Made by a program: the position numbers and the translations under genes. The notes under the pieces are model-generated. The model was given only the letters and a program-made list of their open reading frames with translations, ran no database searches and was not told the DNA's origin. A stretch of DNA of 64,000 nt from assembly GCF_009914755.1 (NCBI RefSeq), contig NC_060936.1; one strand, 5' to 3'. This DNA comes from the human T2T-CHM13v2.0 reference genome, Homo sapiens. Positions 1-13,030 of the stretch are shown here, in pieces. Position 1 is the stretch's first letter. Each line of letters begins with the position of its first letter.

Positions 1-47
1 GAAGGAAATTCAGCTCGGGGCTAAAGAAATTGGCAGTGCAGTGTCGA

Positions 48-490
48 TGTACTAGTTTCCCAGGACTGCTGCAACCAAGTACCACAAATTTGGATGGCTT
101 TGAAAAACATACATTTATCATCTCACAGTTCTGGAATCTAGAAGTCTGAAATAACATGCCAGCAGACTTTCTTCCTCTGGAAGCACCCGAGAAAGAATCT
201 GTTCCATGCCTCTCTCCTTGCTTCTGGAAGTTGTCGGCAATCCTTTGAGTTACTTGACATGTAGACACATCACTTTAATCATTCACATGGCTGTCTCCCT
301 CTGTGTGTCTGTTTCTGCTCCTGTTATAAAGACACAGTCATATTAGATTAAGAGCTCACACTATTCCCATGTGATATCACCTTAACTAATCATTTGCAAC
401 TACCCTATTTGCAAATTAGGCCACATTCTTGAGGTACTGAGAGTTAGGATTTCAATCTGTCTTTTAGGGGGCCACGACTAAAAGTACTAT
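48..490 (-). mobile_element. MaLR solo LTR, MLT1C-like
   Basis: Starts tgtactagtttcccaggactgctgcaaccaagtaccacaaa...tctcacagttctgg and ends gcaaattagggccacattcttgaggtactgagagttaggatttcaa...ggggg, matching the reverse complement of MLT1B/C. Confidence 0.85.
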
Positions 491-2018
491 AGTAGCCATG
501 GCCAATTTCTTGAAGACAGAAAATCCAGCCATGTTGTCCAGATTTAAATACTCTGATTCTTCATGATAGTTCCCTTTGTTTACTACCCCATGAATAGAGA
601 AAATGCAAATAGGTTAAAAATATACCAAGAGTTCAAGTAAGTTTTACTGTTAGACAAATCTCAAGCCTTACAAAAAAGAGGCTAAATTTTCTCAAGCTTT
701 AAAATAATCCTCAGGCTCTAGAACCTGAGGTTAAATGAAGTACACTGATAAATAATTACGGGATGCCCTTCGGATATGGTCATAGACAAGAATTGTGTAA
801 ACTCAACAGATTGAATTGTCAAAGCAGGTGCACATAAATTATAGATCTTACCTGGTATCAAATTTTATTAATTATTTAAAGGCTACTCACAAACAGCAGG
901 TATAAGCAAAGTCCATAGATTTCAGATTTGCCTACAATAAGAAAAATAGACCAGAAATATCCTACTTTGTAGATAGGAAATCCCTGTGTACAAGGAGATC
1001 TGGTGGAAGTCATTCTTTTCCCCTGTTATCTCCACTAGGGAAGAAGTGGTCCACTAAACTGCCATTAACCATTTCCTTCTCAACAATAGAAGTCCTTAGA
1101 GAGCAGAACTATATTTCACTCCTAGGTCAAGGAGCCCTTTCTTTCCCTGTCATGCAAGACATTATATGAATTATGTATCAGCAACCACTTTAATGTTGTT
1201 TACCTTCCCAAAACAGCAGCTTAAAAGTGTGTATTGAATGTTTTGGGATTTATTAAACACAGTATATAGCATTAGTTCTCTAGGTGAAGAGGAGTTAGAG
1301 ATGGATCTGACTGAGAGGACTGTACCTCGAATAGCCCTTTTGAACCCAGAACTCTGTGTGGTCAATGAATGAGATTTTTATTTCTCATTATTTCTTTGGG
1401 AAAGCGAAGGAGGATGTGTTTTCTGTGGGATGTGACATAAGTTTATTATGTAGACAGATATTTTTGAGGGTTTATGAATGGGAAGATGAAGTAGCCAAAT
1501 GATTGGACATTACTTTGGTTGTTTGTGTATTGTTCAACATCAATTCACCCTAATTCCAGTACTGCCATTGTGGATTGATTCAGGGATGCTCTATTGATAG
1601 AAACATATAATCCATGGTGATAGAAATAAATATATTCCATCCCCTTGGCTAGTCATTTATAGCCAAGTTCAGGAATTTGAGTGTGACACAATCAATATTA
1701 GTAAGGTGTTAGGACAGGCCAGAAAAAGCATCTTGCTCTTTTCCCATTAGATTTGATTAGAGATGATCTAAGTCTGAATTAGAGCAGCCTTCTCCAAATA
1801 AAAAAGACACAGAATCTGATAGTAGAGGAACATGATAGATGAACAGAAAAATATCGGTCCAATTGTCTTTGGAATTGGGTATCCTCTCAAATGAAATTGA
1901 ATAAAATCTACTAGTACATAATTCTTAAAAATTTAAATATATTTTCAGTGGTTTGTAATCCAATAAAAACTTCTTTCAAAGCATCATATTTTTCTGGAGT
2001 CCATCTGAGATTAATTAA

Positions 2019-2381
<363 letters not shown>

Positions 2382-2479
2382 TAGATTTTGTATTCTGTTT
2401 TGAATATATACAAAAAGTAATGTGCTTTAAAAAGTCTACCTGATTAATGTGCTTCAAAAGGTCTACATGATTCTTCTCC

Positions 2480-2645
2480 TGGCTGACCTCCTACCTCTCC
2501 CCTCCTCATCCATTTCGCTCCAGCTCAATCAGCCTCCTTGCTGAACTCCCACCTCAGGGGAACTTTGCCCCTCCCAGCCTTTCTTCCTCAATGCTGTTCT
2601 CTCAGGTATCCACATGAGTTCCTAAACTCATTTAGATTTCTTTTC
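2480..2645 (+). mobile_element. L2 3' fragment
   Basis: ctccagctcaatcagcctccttgctg...cacctcagggg...tgctgttctctcaggtatccacatg resembles the L2a 3' region; highly diverged. Confidence 0.55.
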
Positions 2646-3849
2646 AAACAAAATCAAACATCAACTGCAATTTAAAAATTTAAGGAAATCATAAGGGTAA
2701 AATGCTGAAAAGGTAACAATTACCTATAGGTAAGAACATGATGCTAGATGGATAACCAGGTTTTCTTTAAAAAAAAAAAAAACTTACTAAAAATGAAAAA
2801 GGAAATAGATTAATGGTCGTAAAGGCCATGTCTTCAAGTCCAATATATATGGTTCTGCCTTCCCAGAATTGATGTACTTAGTGTTGGCACATAGTGTGGC
2901 AATTGTGGTAGGTTGTGGAGATTTTGGAGAGTGGAATAAAGGATTGTAATTCTGCAAAATGTATTTTAAAAGTAATTCTCCCCTCTGTATGGTGCTTTTT
3001 TCTTTTTAGGGTGTTTACTCTTCATCATTATTTCTTTGTTCTTATCTTTCTTCCAAGATAGTTTACATACGTGATCGCATCTAAACACTCCTGAGGTCTT
3101 TGAAAGTCTTGAACAGCCAAGTATGAGCAAGGTATAGTTCAGAGGACAGGGTCATTATTTTAAAGCATAGCTGGCATGATGAGGCATAGAAGTATAAGCC
3201 TGAGTTTCCACACAGAGGCCAGTGGGAAAAGAGCCCAAAGGAGCCCTCATGCCTATAAGCAGAAAAAGGCAAAGAAGGCCTTGAGACTTTTAGTGTAGTC
3301 TGGGTCAAAGATGTACTGGAGTCAGAGATAACTTGACAATGACTCAGCGAAAAGAAATCCAGACTTCTTTACTGTGGCTTGGCAAGTTGGCCAAATTAAA
3401 TATTTGGTGAAATAGAGAAATTGATTTAATAAAACCACAGTTGTTAAATGAAAAAACATTAAGCCACTTATATGTAGAGTTTATTGCATTTTCCAGTCTC
3501 AGAAGATCTGGAACGTGAAGATGACTATGTTGTTGCTAACACTAAGAACTGTGCCACTCCATATTCCCTTGAATTCTTACAATAAACTTCCATCACTGAA
3601 GGTACATTGGAAGTTTTACATCCATGTTTGTGTATGTGCACTTACATGTCATCATGAATAGCCTGACTAGGACACATACTGAAAATTTATTAGTAATAAA
3701 CAGTTTGTAAGGGACCACAGATCTTTATATGTTTCAGAAACCTAGGTGACAGAATTGTAAGAATTGTATCTTTTAATCTATGATAACTATATTTATTATT
3801 CAGAAAGTTGTTTGCTAAATATATTTTAATTAAGAAAATATTTATTTAA

Positions 3850-4072
3850 ATAATAATAATTACTATTCACTGACCAACAGTATTCGAGGAGCTCTAAGTA
3901 TATTTTCTCATTGGATCCTCACATCTAAAGAGATATAATTTTAATTTCCTTTTTCGAAATGACAAAATTGATGTTTAGAGAGTTAAAGGAAAATTTTTAA
4001 GAATACAACTCATGGCAAATTCAGGATTTGAAGTTAGATGTAACTGACTCTGAAGTCTGTTCATTCCACTAG
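3850..4072 (-). mobile_element. MIR SINE
   Basis: ctcattggatcctcac...gaaatgacaaaattgatgtttagagagttaa...caggatttgaagttagatgtaactgactctgaagtctgt matches the reversed MIR core. Confidence 0.65.
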
Positions 4073-4856
4073 CCTGCTCTCTCTCATTATATGTTGTCAG
4101 TTTATTGGTGAACCCTCATTATCTTTAAAGAAATACTTATTTGCATAATAATAACAGCTATCATATACTGAGCACCAACTACAAGGTATTGTGTTAGGCT
4201 AAGTTCTTGTCATACTGCCTTCACAGCATAGAAATAGGTATGTAAATGAATAAATGCAATAATATCTGAAAGAATACGTTTATTTAAACAGTTGATCCCA
4301 TAGGAAAAGTAGATTTAAGGAATACATTTCATAGTCACTTTCACATGCTCATTGGGTGGAATGACAAATGAAATGGCAGAGATTATTTACATTATTTCTC
4401 TTTCTCTCTTTAAGCATACAAATTAATTGAAGTAACTATAATGTGACTAGAATGGAATGCCAATGTGCTGCACACATGCACAAAAGTATTTATCTTTTTT
4501 GCACTGAAAAGAGTCACTTTTTAGTGCAATGTCCACAGTGTTCTTTTATAACGGGGTGGTAACAGCCCTTTAAACTTCTTATTTAATCCTCAGAATATCC
4601 CTATATGTAAGTAGTTCTATTAGTTCTATTTTACAGGTGAAGAGGTTAACACATGCCCAAAATGTGCACCTGCATAATAAACCCTCTTTATAAAAGTAGC
4701 AAGCTAGATGTCAGTAAATAAATTCATGAGTCATTTCAGTATCTTCCCCAGTTGTTATGAGTTCCTCTAGTACTATGATTGTGGTAGGCTAAATAATGGC
4801 TCCCAAAAGATGTCCACATACTAATTCCTGGAATTTGTGAATATGTTACCTTATAT

Positions 4857-5331
4857 CAGGAGTCCCCAACCTCCAGGGAACCTGTTTAGGAACCAGGCAG
4901 CACAGCAGGAGGTGAGCAGTGGGCAAGTGAGTGAAGCTTCATCTGTATTTATAGCTGCTCCCCATTGCTTGCATTACTGCCTGAGCTCCACCTTCTGTCA
5001 GGTCAGCAGAGGCATTAGATTCTCATAGGAGCACAAAACGCTATTGTGACCCATGCATGCAAGGGATCTAGGTTGCATGATCCTTATGAGACTATAACGC
5101 CTGATGATCTGTCACGGTGTCTCATCACCCCCAGATGGGACTGTCTAGTAGTAGAAAACAAGCTCAGGACTCCCACTGTATCTACATATTACAATATAAT
5201 AATAATGGAAATAAAGTGCACAATATATGTAATGCACTTGAGTCATCCGGAAGCTATCCCCCCAACCCGTCTGTGGAAAAATTGTCTTCCATGAAACCAG
5301 TTCCTGGTGCCAAAAAGGTTGGGGAGCACTG
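4857..5331 (+). mobile_element. MER1A non-autonomous hAT-Charlie DNA transposon
   Basis: TIRs caggagtccccaacct and aggttggggagcactg, 8-bp TSD ccttatat/ccttatgt, MER1-type internal sequence (gcattagattctcataggagc; gtggaaaaattgtcttccatgaaacc). Confidence 0.92.
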
Positions 5332-5446
5332 CCTTATGTGGCAAAAAGGACTTTACTGATGTGATTAAGTTAGAAATTGTGAAAAGGGAAGATTGTCCTA
5401 GACTATACAGGTGGGCCAAATGTAATCACAAGGATGTTTATGAGAC

Positions 5447-5502
5447 CCACACACACACAGATTGAGAGAGAGAGAGAAGGAGATAGAGACAGAGAGAGAG
5501 AA
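5447..5502. repeat. (CA)n/(GA)n compound microsatellite inside MLT1D
   Basis: cacacacacacagattgagagagagagagaaggagatagagacagagagagag. Confidence 0.85.
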
Positions 5503-6537
5503 GGAGACAGGAATGTCAGAAGCAGAAAGGAAACTGACAGTGAAAGAGGTTGTTACGTGCTTTTAAGATGGAGGAACGGGGCATGAGTCAAGGAATGCAG
5601 TGGCCTTCAGAAGCTGGAAAAGGAAAGGAAACATTTCTAAGTCCTCCAGAAAAAATATAGCCCTAGGAATTGCTTGACTTTATATTTCTGATCTTTAGAA
5701 CAGTTAAGAGAATACATTTGTTGTAGGATACTAAATTTGTGAGAATTTATTACAGCAGCAATAGGAAATTTACAATAATTTTGTCCTATTTACCTAGGGA
5801 ATAAATAGAACCAGGGTTCGAAATCCAGGTCTGTTTCATTCCGAGTCCATTTCTTTTCAAACATGAAGCATTTTTCCTGTTTATATTATCAGTCTCTCTT
5901 GGGTAGTCTGTATAAATATTGACAAATTTAAATGTTCAATTCCTCTTCTCAAAAATCTATTAGCAAACACATTTGCTTTGTGTTATGTGTCAAGTGATGT
6001 CATTTAAGTGTTTTTGTTTTTAAAGATCCAACAAGAGGACAAGATTCCAATCTTACAGGCTATACCGAAGAGTAATGGCATAAGACTATGAAACACTTGC
6101 CCTTTGACACTGAAATTAATGCGCTTGATATAAAGATGGGTGAGACTAGCCATTAGTAGATAAAAACTAGATTTAATATGTTGCTAATGGCATATTGCTA
6201 TTAGACCAAGGTGTTTTCAGAATCTAACAAAAAGTAAATGATATTTTAAATACTTTGATGTTGACAACCTGGTTAAATCCTCAGTAAGATGTGATTGCAT
6301 GTTTAATTGATTAGGAACTAGTACTGAATTGGTTATCCATATATCTTTATATCCTAACCATTTAAAGGTAAGGAAGAGACTAAACAAATATTTTTGAGTG
6401 ATTGAATAAAACTGTTCTATCAGATAATCAAAAGTACTTAAAGTTACAAAATAACTAAATCTATGACTTGGGTACAAAAATAGACACAATAATCAATGAA
6501 GATAATTTAAAAAACCCAGAACAATAAACTAACATAA

Positions 6538-6740
6538 AAATAACAACAGTATCATGCACCGATGCTTATTGTGAGCCAAGCATTGTGCTAAGTGCTTTAA
6601 ATGAATTATCTTATTTAATATAATAATCTAGTACTATTTTCATCTCTCTCCCTTAAGGAAGTTAAGACTTGAGGAGATCAAAGTGGTAAAAAGAGGTTTT
6701 CTGTTATGCTAAGTGCAATGAATTTACCCACTCTGCTCTA
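6538..6740 (-). mobile_element. MIR fragment
   Basis: tgcttattgtgagccaagcattgtgctaagtgctttaaatgaattatcttatttaat matches the reversed MIR 3' end. Confidence 0.6.
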
Positions 6741-6759
6741 CTGACTTTTACAATTTAAA

Positions 6760-7740
6760 ACATGATAAAGGTAGCATTTTAATTTCATAAAGAAAAGCTA
6801 ATTTTAAGTAGATGATGTTAAGATGGTTGTTTAAAGCTCTTTGTCACGTTATTCATCAAAATTAATTTAAGACATAAAAGACAAAAATCACTAAGTTGAC
6901 AAACATCTTGATGAACGTTACTATCTAAAAATTAAAAATTTGCATTTTAGGAACATTATAAATAAAATGAAACCCAGAAGAATATGTAAAATATATGTTG
7001 TACTTGAAAGTTGACTCACCTAATATTTAAAGCATTGTTGCAAATAAAAAAGAAAGAATAATTATTCCAACAGAAGAATTCAATAAACAATGTCCCCAAA
7101 GATGTAAAACAAATGACCCATAAGTATATAATATGTTTAGCTTCAGGAGTAATCAAAAAGTACAAAATAAAATTATAATGAGAACTTTCTCACAAATAGT
7201 CAAAAATTTTAAAATGGTAGCACAAAATGTTGCAGACATGGGAGGAACATACATTCTCATAAATATTAATTGAGATGTAAATGGATATAGCCTTTTAGAG
7301 GGAATAATAAGAAAATGGAATCATAAGGTATAAAATATGAAAACTCATTGATCCACAGTTCCATCTTTGTGAATTCATTTTAGAAAAATAATGAAATAAA
7401 TACGTAAAAATATGAATACAAAAAACATTATCTCAGCATTGTTTATGATACTGAAAAATTGACAATTATGTGAATTTACTGGAAAGAGGTTTACAGTATA
7501 TTATCAGGTGAAAGAGGCAAAAAGATATGCATAAAAGAATTCATTAGAAGGTATAATTGCATATAAATACTATACATATATTATGTGTATGTTTATATTT
7601 ATCCTAACTCATGAAAAAAGTAACAAAATATTAATCTCTGAATGAATGGGATTATGGGTGACTTTTAGTTTCCATGGTATGACTTATCTATATTCTATAA
7701 TTTCAAATATAAATAGGTATTTTCTGATAATCAAAAAAAG
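6760..7740 (+). mobile_element. Ancient L1 (L1ME-type) ORF2 end / 3' region
   Basis: A-rich, with decayed L1 landmarks in the expected order: gtaatcaaaaagtacaaaataaaattataatgaga, gagatgtaaatggatatagcctttt, cagcattgtttatgatactgaaaaattg. Confidence 0.6.
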
Positions 7741-8107
7741 AAAAGCAGGAAAAACTAAAATTAAAAAAAGAATAAGGTTACACTCATCTACACTCCACAT
7801 CTGATCCTGTACTCACTACCAGCTTAAAAAAACCTCTAATGAGTCATTTTTATTTATTTATAAAAATCCAAACACTTGAACTTGGCATCCAAAATCATCT
7901 CACATCTAGTCTTACCATACAATATTGATTTCATTATCCACTTCTGCATCCCATGGGCCTTATAAATACTTTTAAAAAATGCCAAACCCTTTTTTTCTCT
8001 TCTGCTGAAGAACCTCTAGCCTTCTTTCATTGAAAACAAAATCTCCTCCCTGAAGACTTTCCAGTTCCCTAAGAAAGTTAGTGCTCTCCAAGCTTTGTCT
8101 TGAAACA

Positions 8108-8259
8108 TTTTTCTTTTCTTTTTCTTTTTTAAAAGAATTTTAGAGATGGGGTCCCACCATGTTGCCCAGGTTGGTGTCATACTCCTGGACTCAAGCGATC
8201 TGCCCCCGTTGGCCTCCAAAAATGCTGAGATTATAGGCATGAGCCATGGTGCCTAGTCC
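8108..8259 (-). mobile_element. Free left Alu monomer (FLAM_C-like)
   Basis: Single arm only: tagagatggggtcccaccatgttgcccagg...ctcaagcgatc...gagccatggtgcctagtcc, with a T-rich tail. Confidence 0.88.
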
Positions 8260-8743
8260 TTGAAGAATATTTCTAAGTGATTTGTCCATTGTCTTCCTAC
8301 CTTCTGCAACTGCAGACCATGTGCTTGCATTTATTCCAGATAAATACAAATAACATATATGGCAGCTATGCTTTCCCTATCTCTTAGGAGTTGAAGGATT
8401 TGGCACTAGAAGAAGTTGCGAGTTAAATGGAATAAAGGAGAGATTTGTAAAAGTTTGCAATAAAGTCAATATAAGATCAGCACAAGTGTAACCAGATATT
8501 CTTTGCATGTAATTAGGATTTACTGTAATTAATTATTTGAATGAAGTTCAAACAGACAATTTAAAGCTCTTTTAAGGCAATAGCTCACGGGCCTCTGTGC
8601 TAAGAGATGTAACAAAAAATAGACGGATGGAAGGATGGATGGAAATGGATGATAGATAATATTGTGTTGCTCTCTTTAATTATGGATTATGAACCTATGG
8701 TCATATAGTATTCTGAAAGTATGTTATAAAATTGCCTCTTTCA

Positions 8744-9044
<301 letters not shown>

Positions 9045-10107
9045 TCAAACTCTTTTTCTGAAAAACTTTTGTATGTCTTAGAAATGGCACTTCGTTTTTG
9101 AATAACATGCTAACTTATCAATTGGTAGTAGCTGCTTGGAATTCTGTGTTGGCTTATCTTCATTCAGGAGAAAGGAAGACTATGATCAATTGGCAATTGG
9201 AAAGGGATAAAGGTTTGGCAGTATATGTCATCCCTGGGCATATGGACCTCTGAAACACTTATATAATAGGAAGTTAAGAGTTGGAAGACTGTATAAACTT
9301 TCTTCTTTTGCTTTTTCATTCTCTGCTTCCTGTCTCTTCATGTAGGATCTGTGTTCTTGGATAGCATCCCAAAATGATGTTTTTCTTCATAGTCAAGTTC
9401 TATATAAACTCATGTTGATAAATTAAAACACCTTTAGCCTTTAGCTACTTCAACATAAATAAAAAGATTGGATTATTATGGTTCATTTTAATGATTCAGT
9501 AGGTAAAATCACTTAAAGCAACTCAGTTTGTCCTAGTGGCTTAATAAGCAATGTTTCTTGGCTCATGCTATAGTTTGGCTACCAGCTTATACTTATGAGC
9601 TGTTTTAAGAGTAAGAAATTTGGGAAGTTATTTGGCTGGGGGTATGCAAAAACAAGATGTCATTCTAGGACTTGTTAAAAGTTCCTCTGTGACAAATTCA
9701 AACATACACAATATTATTAACTGTGTCTTGGCAGCTCATTTTCTTCTTTTATAAACAGTCAAAAAAGCAGCTCTGGTTTATTTAATTCCCAGAAAAGAAA
9801 AATTGGAACCATTTAGCCTGCTTAATATCAAAATCTACCTGATCCAAAGGAGAATCAGGAGGAATTTCACTGAACACTTTATTTTAGTTACATCATCCTG
9901 TACACAAATTCTTTGACTGCAAATAAAATATAACTTTTTAAGAAGCCCTTAAACACATTTTATAACATTCATTTCTTCTATTATTTCTCCCTTTAATCCT
10001 GTTTCTTCTTTGTTTAATATCCACATTCAGGGATTTCCAGAAATTACTTCCTTGTTCCTTGCTCCTTTCCCTTAACATTTATCTTTCTCAGAAGCTCCTC
10101 CATTCTT

Positions 10108-10472
<365 letters not shown>

Positions 10473-12081
10473 TAAAAGTCTGTCTTTAGTTTTAAACTCT
10501 CCATAATTATCTGCAGATCAATCATACTCATATTAAATATTGAACTCTTATCTTTCTGCCCACAGGATGATACATTTCAAAGATATTCATCCACTCATTC
10601 TTCATCGTATCTTTACCAATTATCTCTCATTTAAATCTTTTACCAGGACCTACAGACTTCATAATGTAATGAAGTTCTAGTCATTTCCTGAACTCCTCTC
10701 CTATTCTGTCAAAACTTTTCTTCGTTTCACTCTTTTTTTAGAGCCCTGAAGAATTGGGTCACTGAACCAAGTAAATTTTGACTGGTGAATAGTAAGTAGA
10801 AGATAATGAGAATCATGATTTTAGAAGATTGCTCTGGCAATAGTGTATACAATAGACAGCTGGGAAGTATCTAAGGACAATTGTAATTATTTAGTAAAAT
10901 TAGGGATGAGAGAAGAGAAAAAGGTGTGGCTCATAATTGCATGTTAGGATATGATAATGGCTTTCTACCTAATGTCTTCCAGAAGACAATCATAGTTCAA
11001 GTGGCTCAACTAAAGGAAAGGAAGAAAAAAGAAAAATACTTATACTAGTGCCCATGCAACATGGTGTGTGATACTCAATAAATATTTTCTGGTTAAATGA
11101 GTAGTTGATGGGTTGGACTAATGGTGAAAATTAAAGTCGTTCTGGAGGACTGCCAGGGGATAAATTTTTCCTCTCAAAATTTTTCTCAGCACATCTCCAT
11201 TTGTATTATGCACCTGGCAACCCAATTTATTTCTGGATATGGGTGCCCACCTCTTGTCTTTACTGATTAATCATAATTTACTCCTACTTTTTTCCTACAT
11301 CATTTTGATATTGTGCATTTTTTAGAAATTGTTACGTAATAATTCTATGCCATTTCATTTGCACTTGTCTTGACTTCCCAGAGAGTCTTTAAACTCCTTA
11401 ATGTCAGAGACATGGTTTCTGAATTATCTCACAATATCTAACAGAATGCTCTTCAGAATAAAGATCTAAATGTGTTTAATGCTTTATTTCTGAATTCTAG
11501 TTAAGTATGCTAACAAATACCTTGTTATAGAAAATATTCAGTTTATACTATGTTTTAAGCATTTCATATGGGATATGTTAGGTTGTTTTGTTTTATGTTT
11601 TTGTACTTAATTCACATTTCTCACTTTATAGGAAATTACCTTTGGTTTCCAGGAAGCAAACATTCCCACAAGATTAATCTCTTATGGTTTTGTTTTCATT
11701 GCACTATCTTTCCCCATGATATGAACTTCCAGATGTTGATGTGTTTTCTTCAATATCTGTTTGTGAATATTAATATTTGATTTTATTCATATACCAAAAT
11801 CTTGGAATTAAAATGCACTTATTACATATCACAAACAGCTTTTATTCAAACACTACCTAAAGCCTTGTTAAGAATATTTTATCATTTGGGACATGGCTAT
11901 GATTAGTACAAAGATAAATTAATTTGGTGATAAATTTTTTGTGATGTCATAATTTTTAAGGATTATGCAATAACATGTCACAATTATACAATATCTCATG
12001 TCACAAGGTGACATAATTCTTAAAAATTATAAGGGTTAGTCTTTGCTATGTAGAATTATTTTTTGGCCCAATAAACAACAC

Positions 12082-12421
12082 TTTTTTTGTATTTTATTTT
12101 ATATTATTAATTACTTTATTTAATTTTTAGAGACACAGTCTCCCTCTGTCACCCAAGCTAGAGTGCAGTGGCACAAACATAGCTCACTGAAGCCTTGAAC
12201 TCCTAGGTTCAAGTGATCCTCTTGCCTCAGTGTCCAAAGTAGCTGAAACTAAAGGTGCACTCCACCATGCCCAAGTAATTTTTTTAGTTTTTATTTTTTT
12301 GTAGAGATGGAGTCTTGCTTTTTTGTCCATTTTGGTCTTGAACCCCTGGCCTCAAGCTATCCTGCCTGGGCCTCCAAAATGCTTGGATTACAGGCATGAG
12401 CAACCATCACCGTGCCAGGCC
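12082..12421 (-). mobile_element. Old Alu (AluJ)
   Basis: Diverged dimer with J-type catagctcactgaagccttgaactcctagg and ctcaagctatcc. Confidence 0.93.
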
Positions 12422-12650
12422 TTTTTTGAATTTTAGAGCTTACTGGTATGAAGATGGCTGTTTGCCTTGTTGGGAGTGAAGATTTCTTGTGTACAGAATT
12501 ATTGATTCATAGACTGTCATATGAAAAACTGAGACATTTTAGTTACTTAACCCTTTCCATCGTGGAAAATATTTTCATCGGCATAATTTCTATTTTAACA
12601 AAGTTGGAACACTAAAGAAATGCAGAGATTATAAAATATACTAATGTTTG

Positions 12651-13030
12651 TGTGTTAGTTTTCTATTGCTATCATAAGAAATTATCATCAATGAGTGGAA
12701 TAAAACAACACAAATGTATTCTCTTACAGTTTCATGGGTCAGAAGTTCAACACGTTTTTCAGAGGGCTAAAAAACAAAGTGTGAGCAGGGATGCGTTCCT
12801 TTATGGAGGTTCTAGGGAAAAATATATTTTATTACCTTTTCCAACTTTCAAAGGCTACCCACATTCTTTGACTTGTTTTCCTCTTCCTCCATCTCCAAAC
12901 TCAGCAATGCTGGGTCAAGTCTTTGTCATGCTGCATCTCACTGATCCTCTTTCTGTCAGATCTATCTCTCTCTGACCATAGCCAGAAAAAGTTCTCTCCT
13001 TTGAATGACTCATGATTATACTGGGCCCCC
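12651..13030 (-). mobile_element. MaLR LTR, MLT1D/E-like, partial
   Basis: tgtgttagttttctattgct...aaaacaacacaaatgtattctcttacagtt...gggtcagaagt...gcagggatgcgttcc...actcatgattatactgggccccc. Confidence 0.8.

Larger units (their letters stand above)
4780..5774 (+). mobile_element. MaLR solo LTR, MLT1D, split by MER1A
   Basis: Starts tgtggtaggctaaataatggctcccaaaagatgtccacat, resumes at 5332 (ggcaaaaaggactttactgatgtgattaag) and ends acagcagcaataggaaatttaca. 5-bp flanks atgat/ataat. Confidence 0.88.

Noticed and set aside
709-730. cctcagg-n8-cctgagg inverted repeat
   Set aside because: A 7-bp stem is at chance level.
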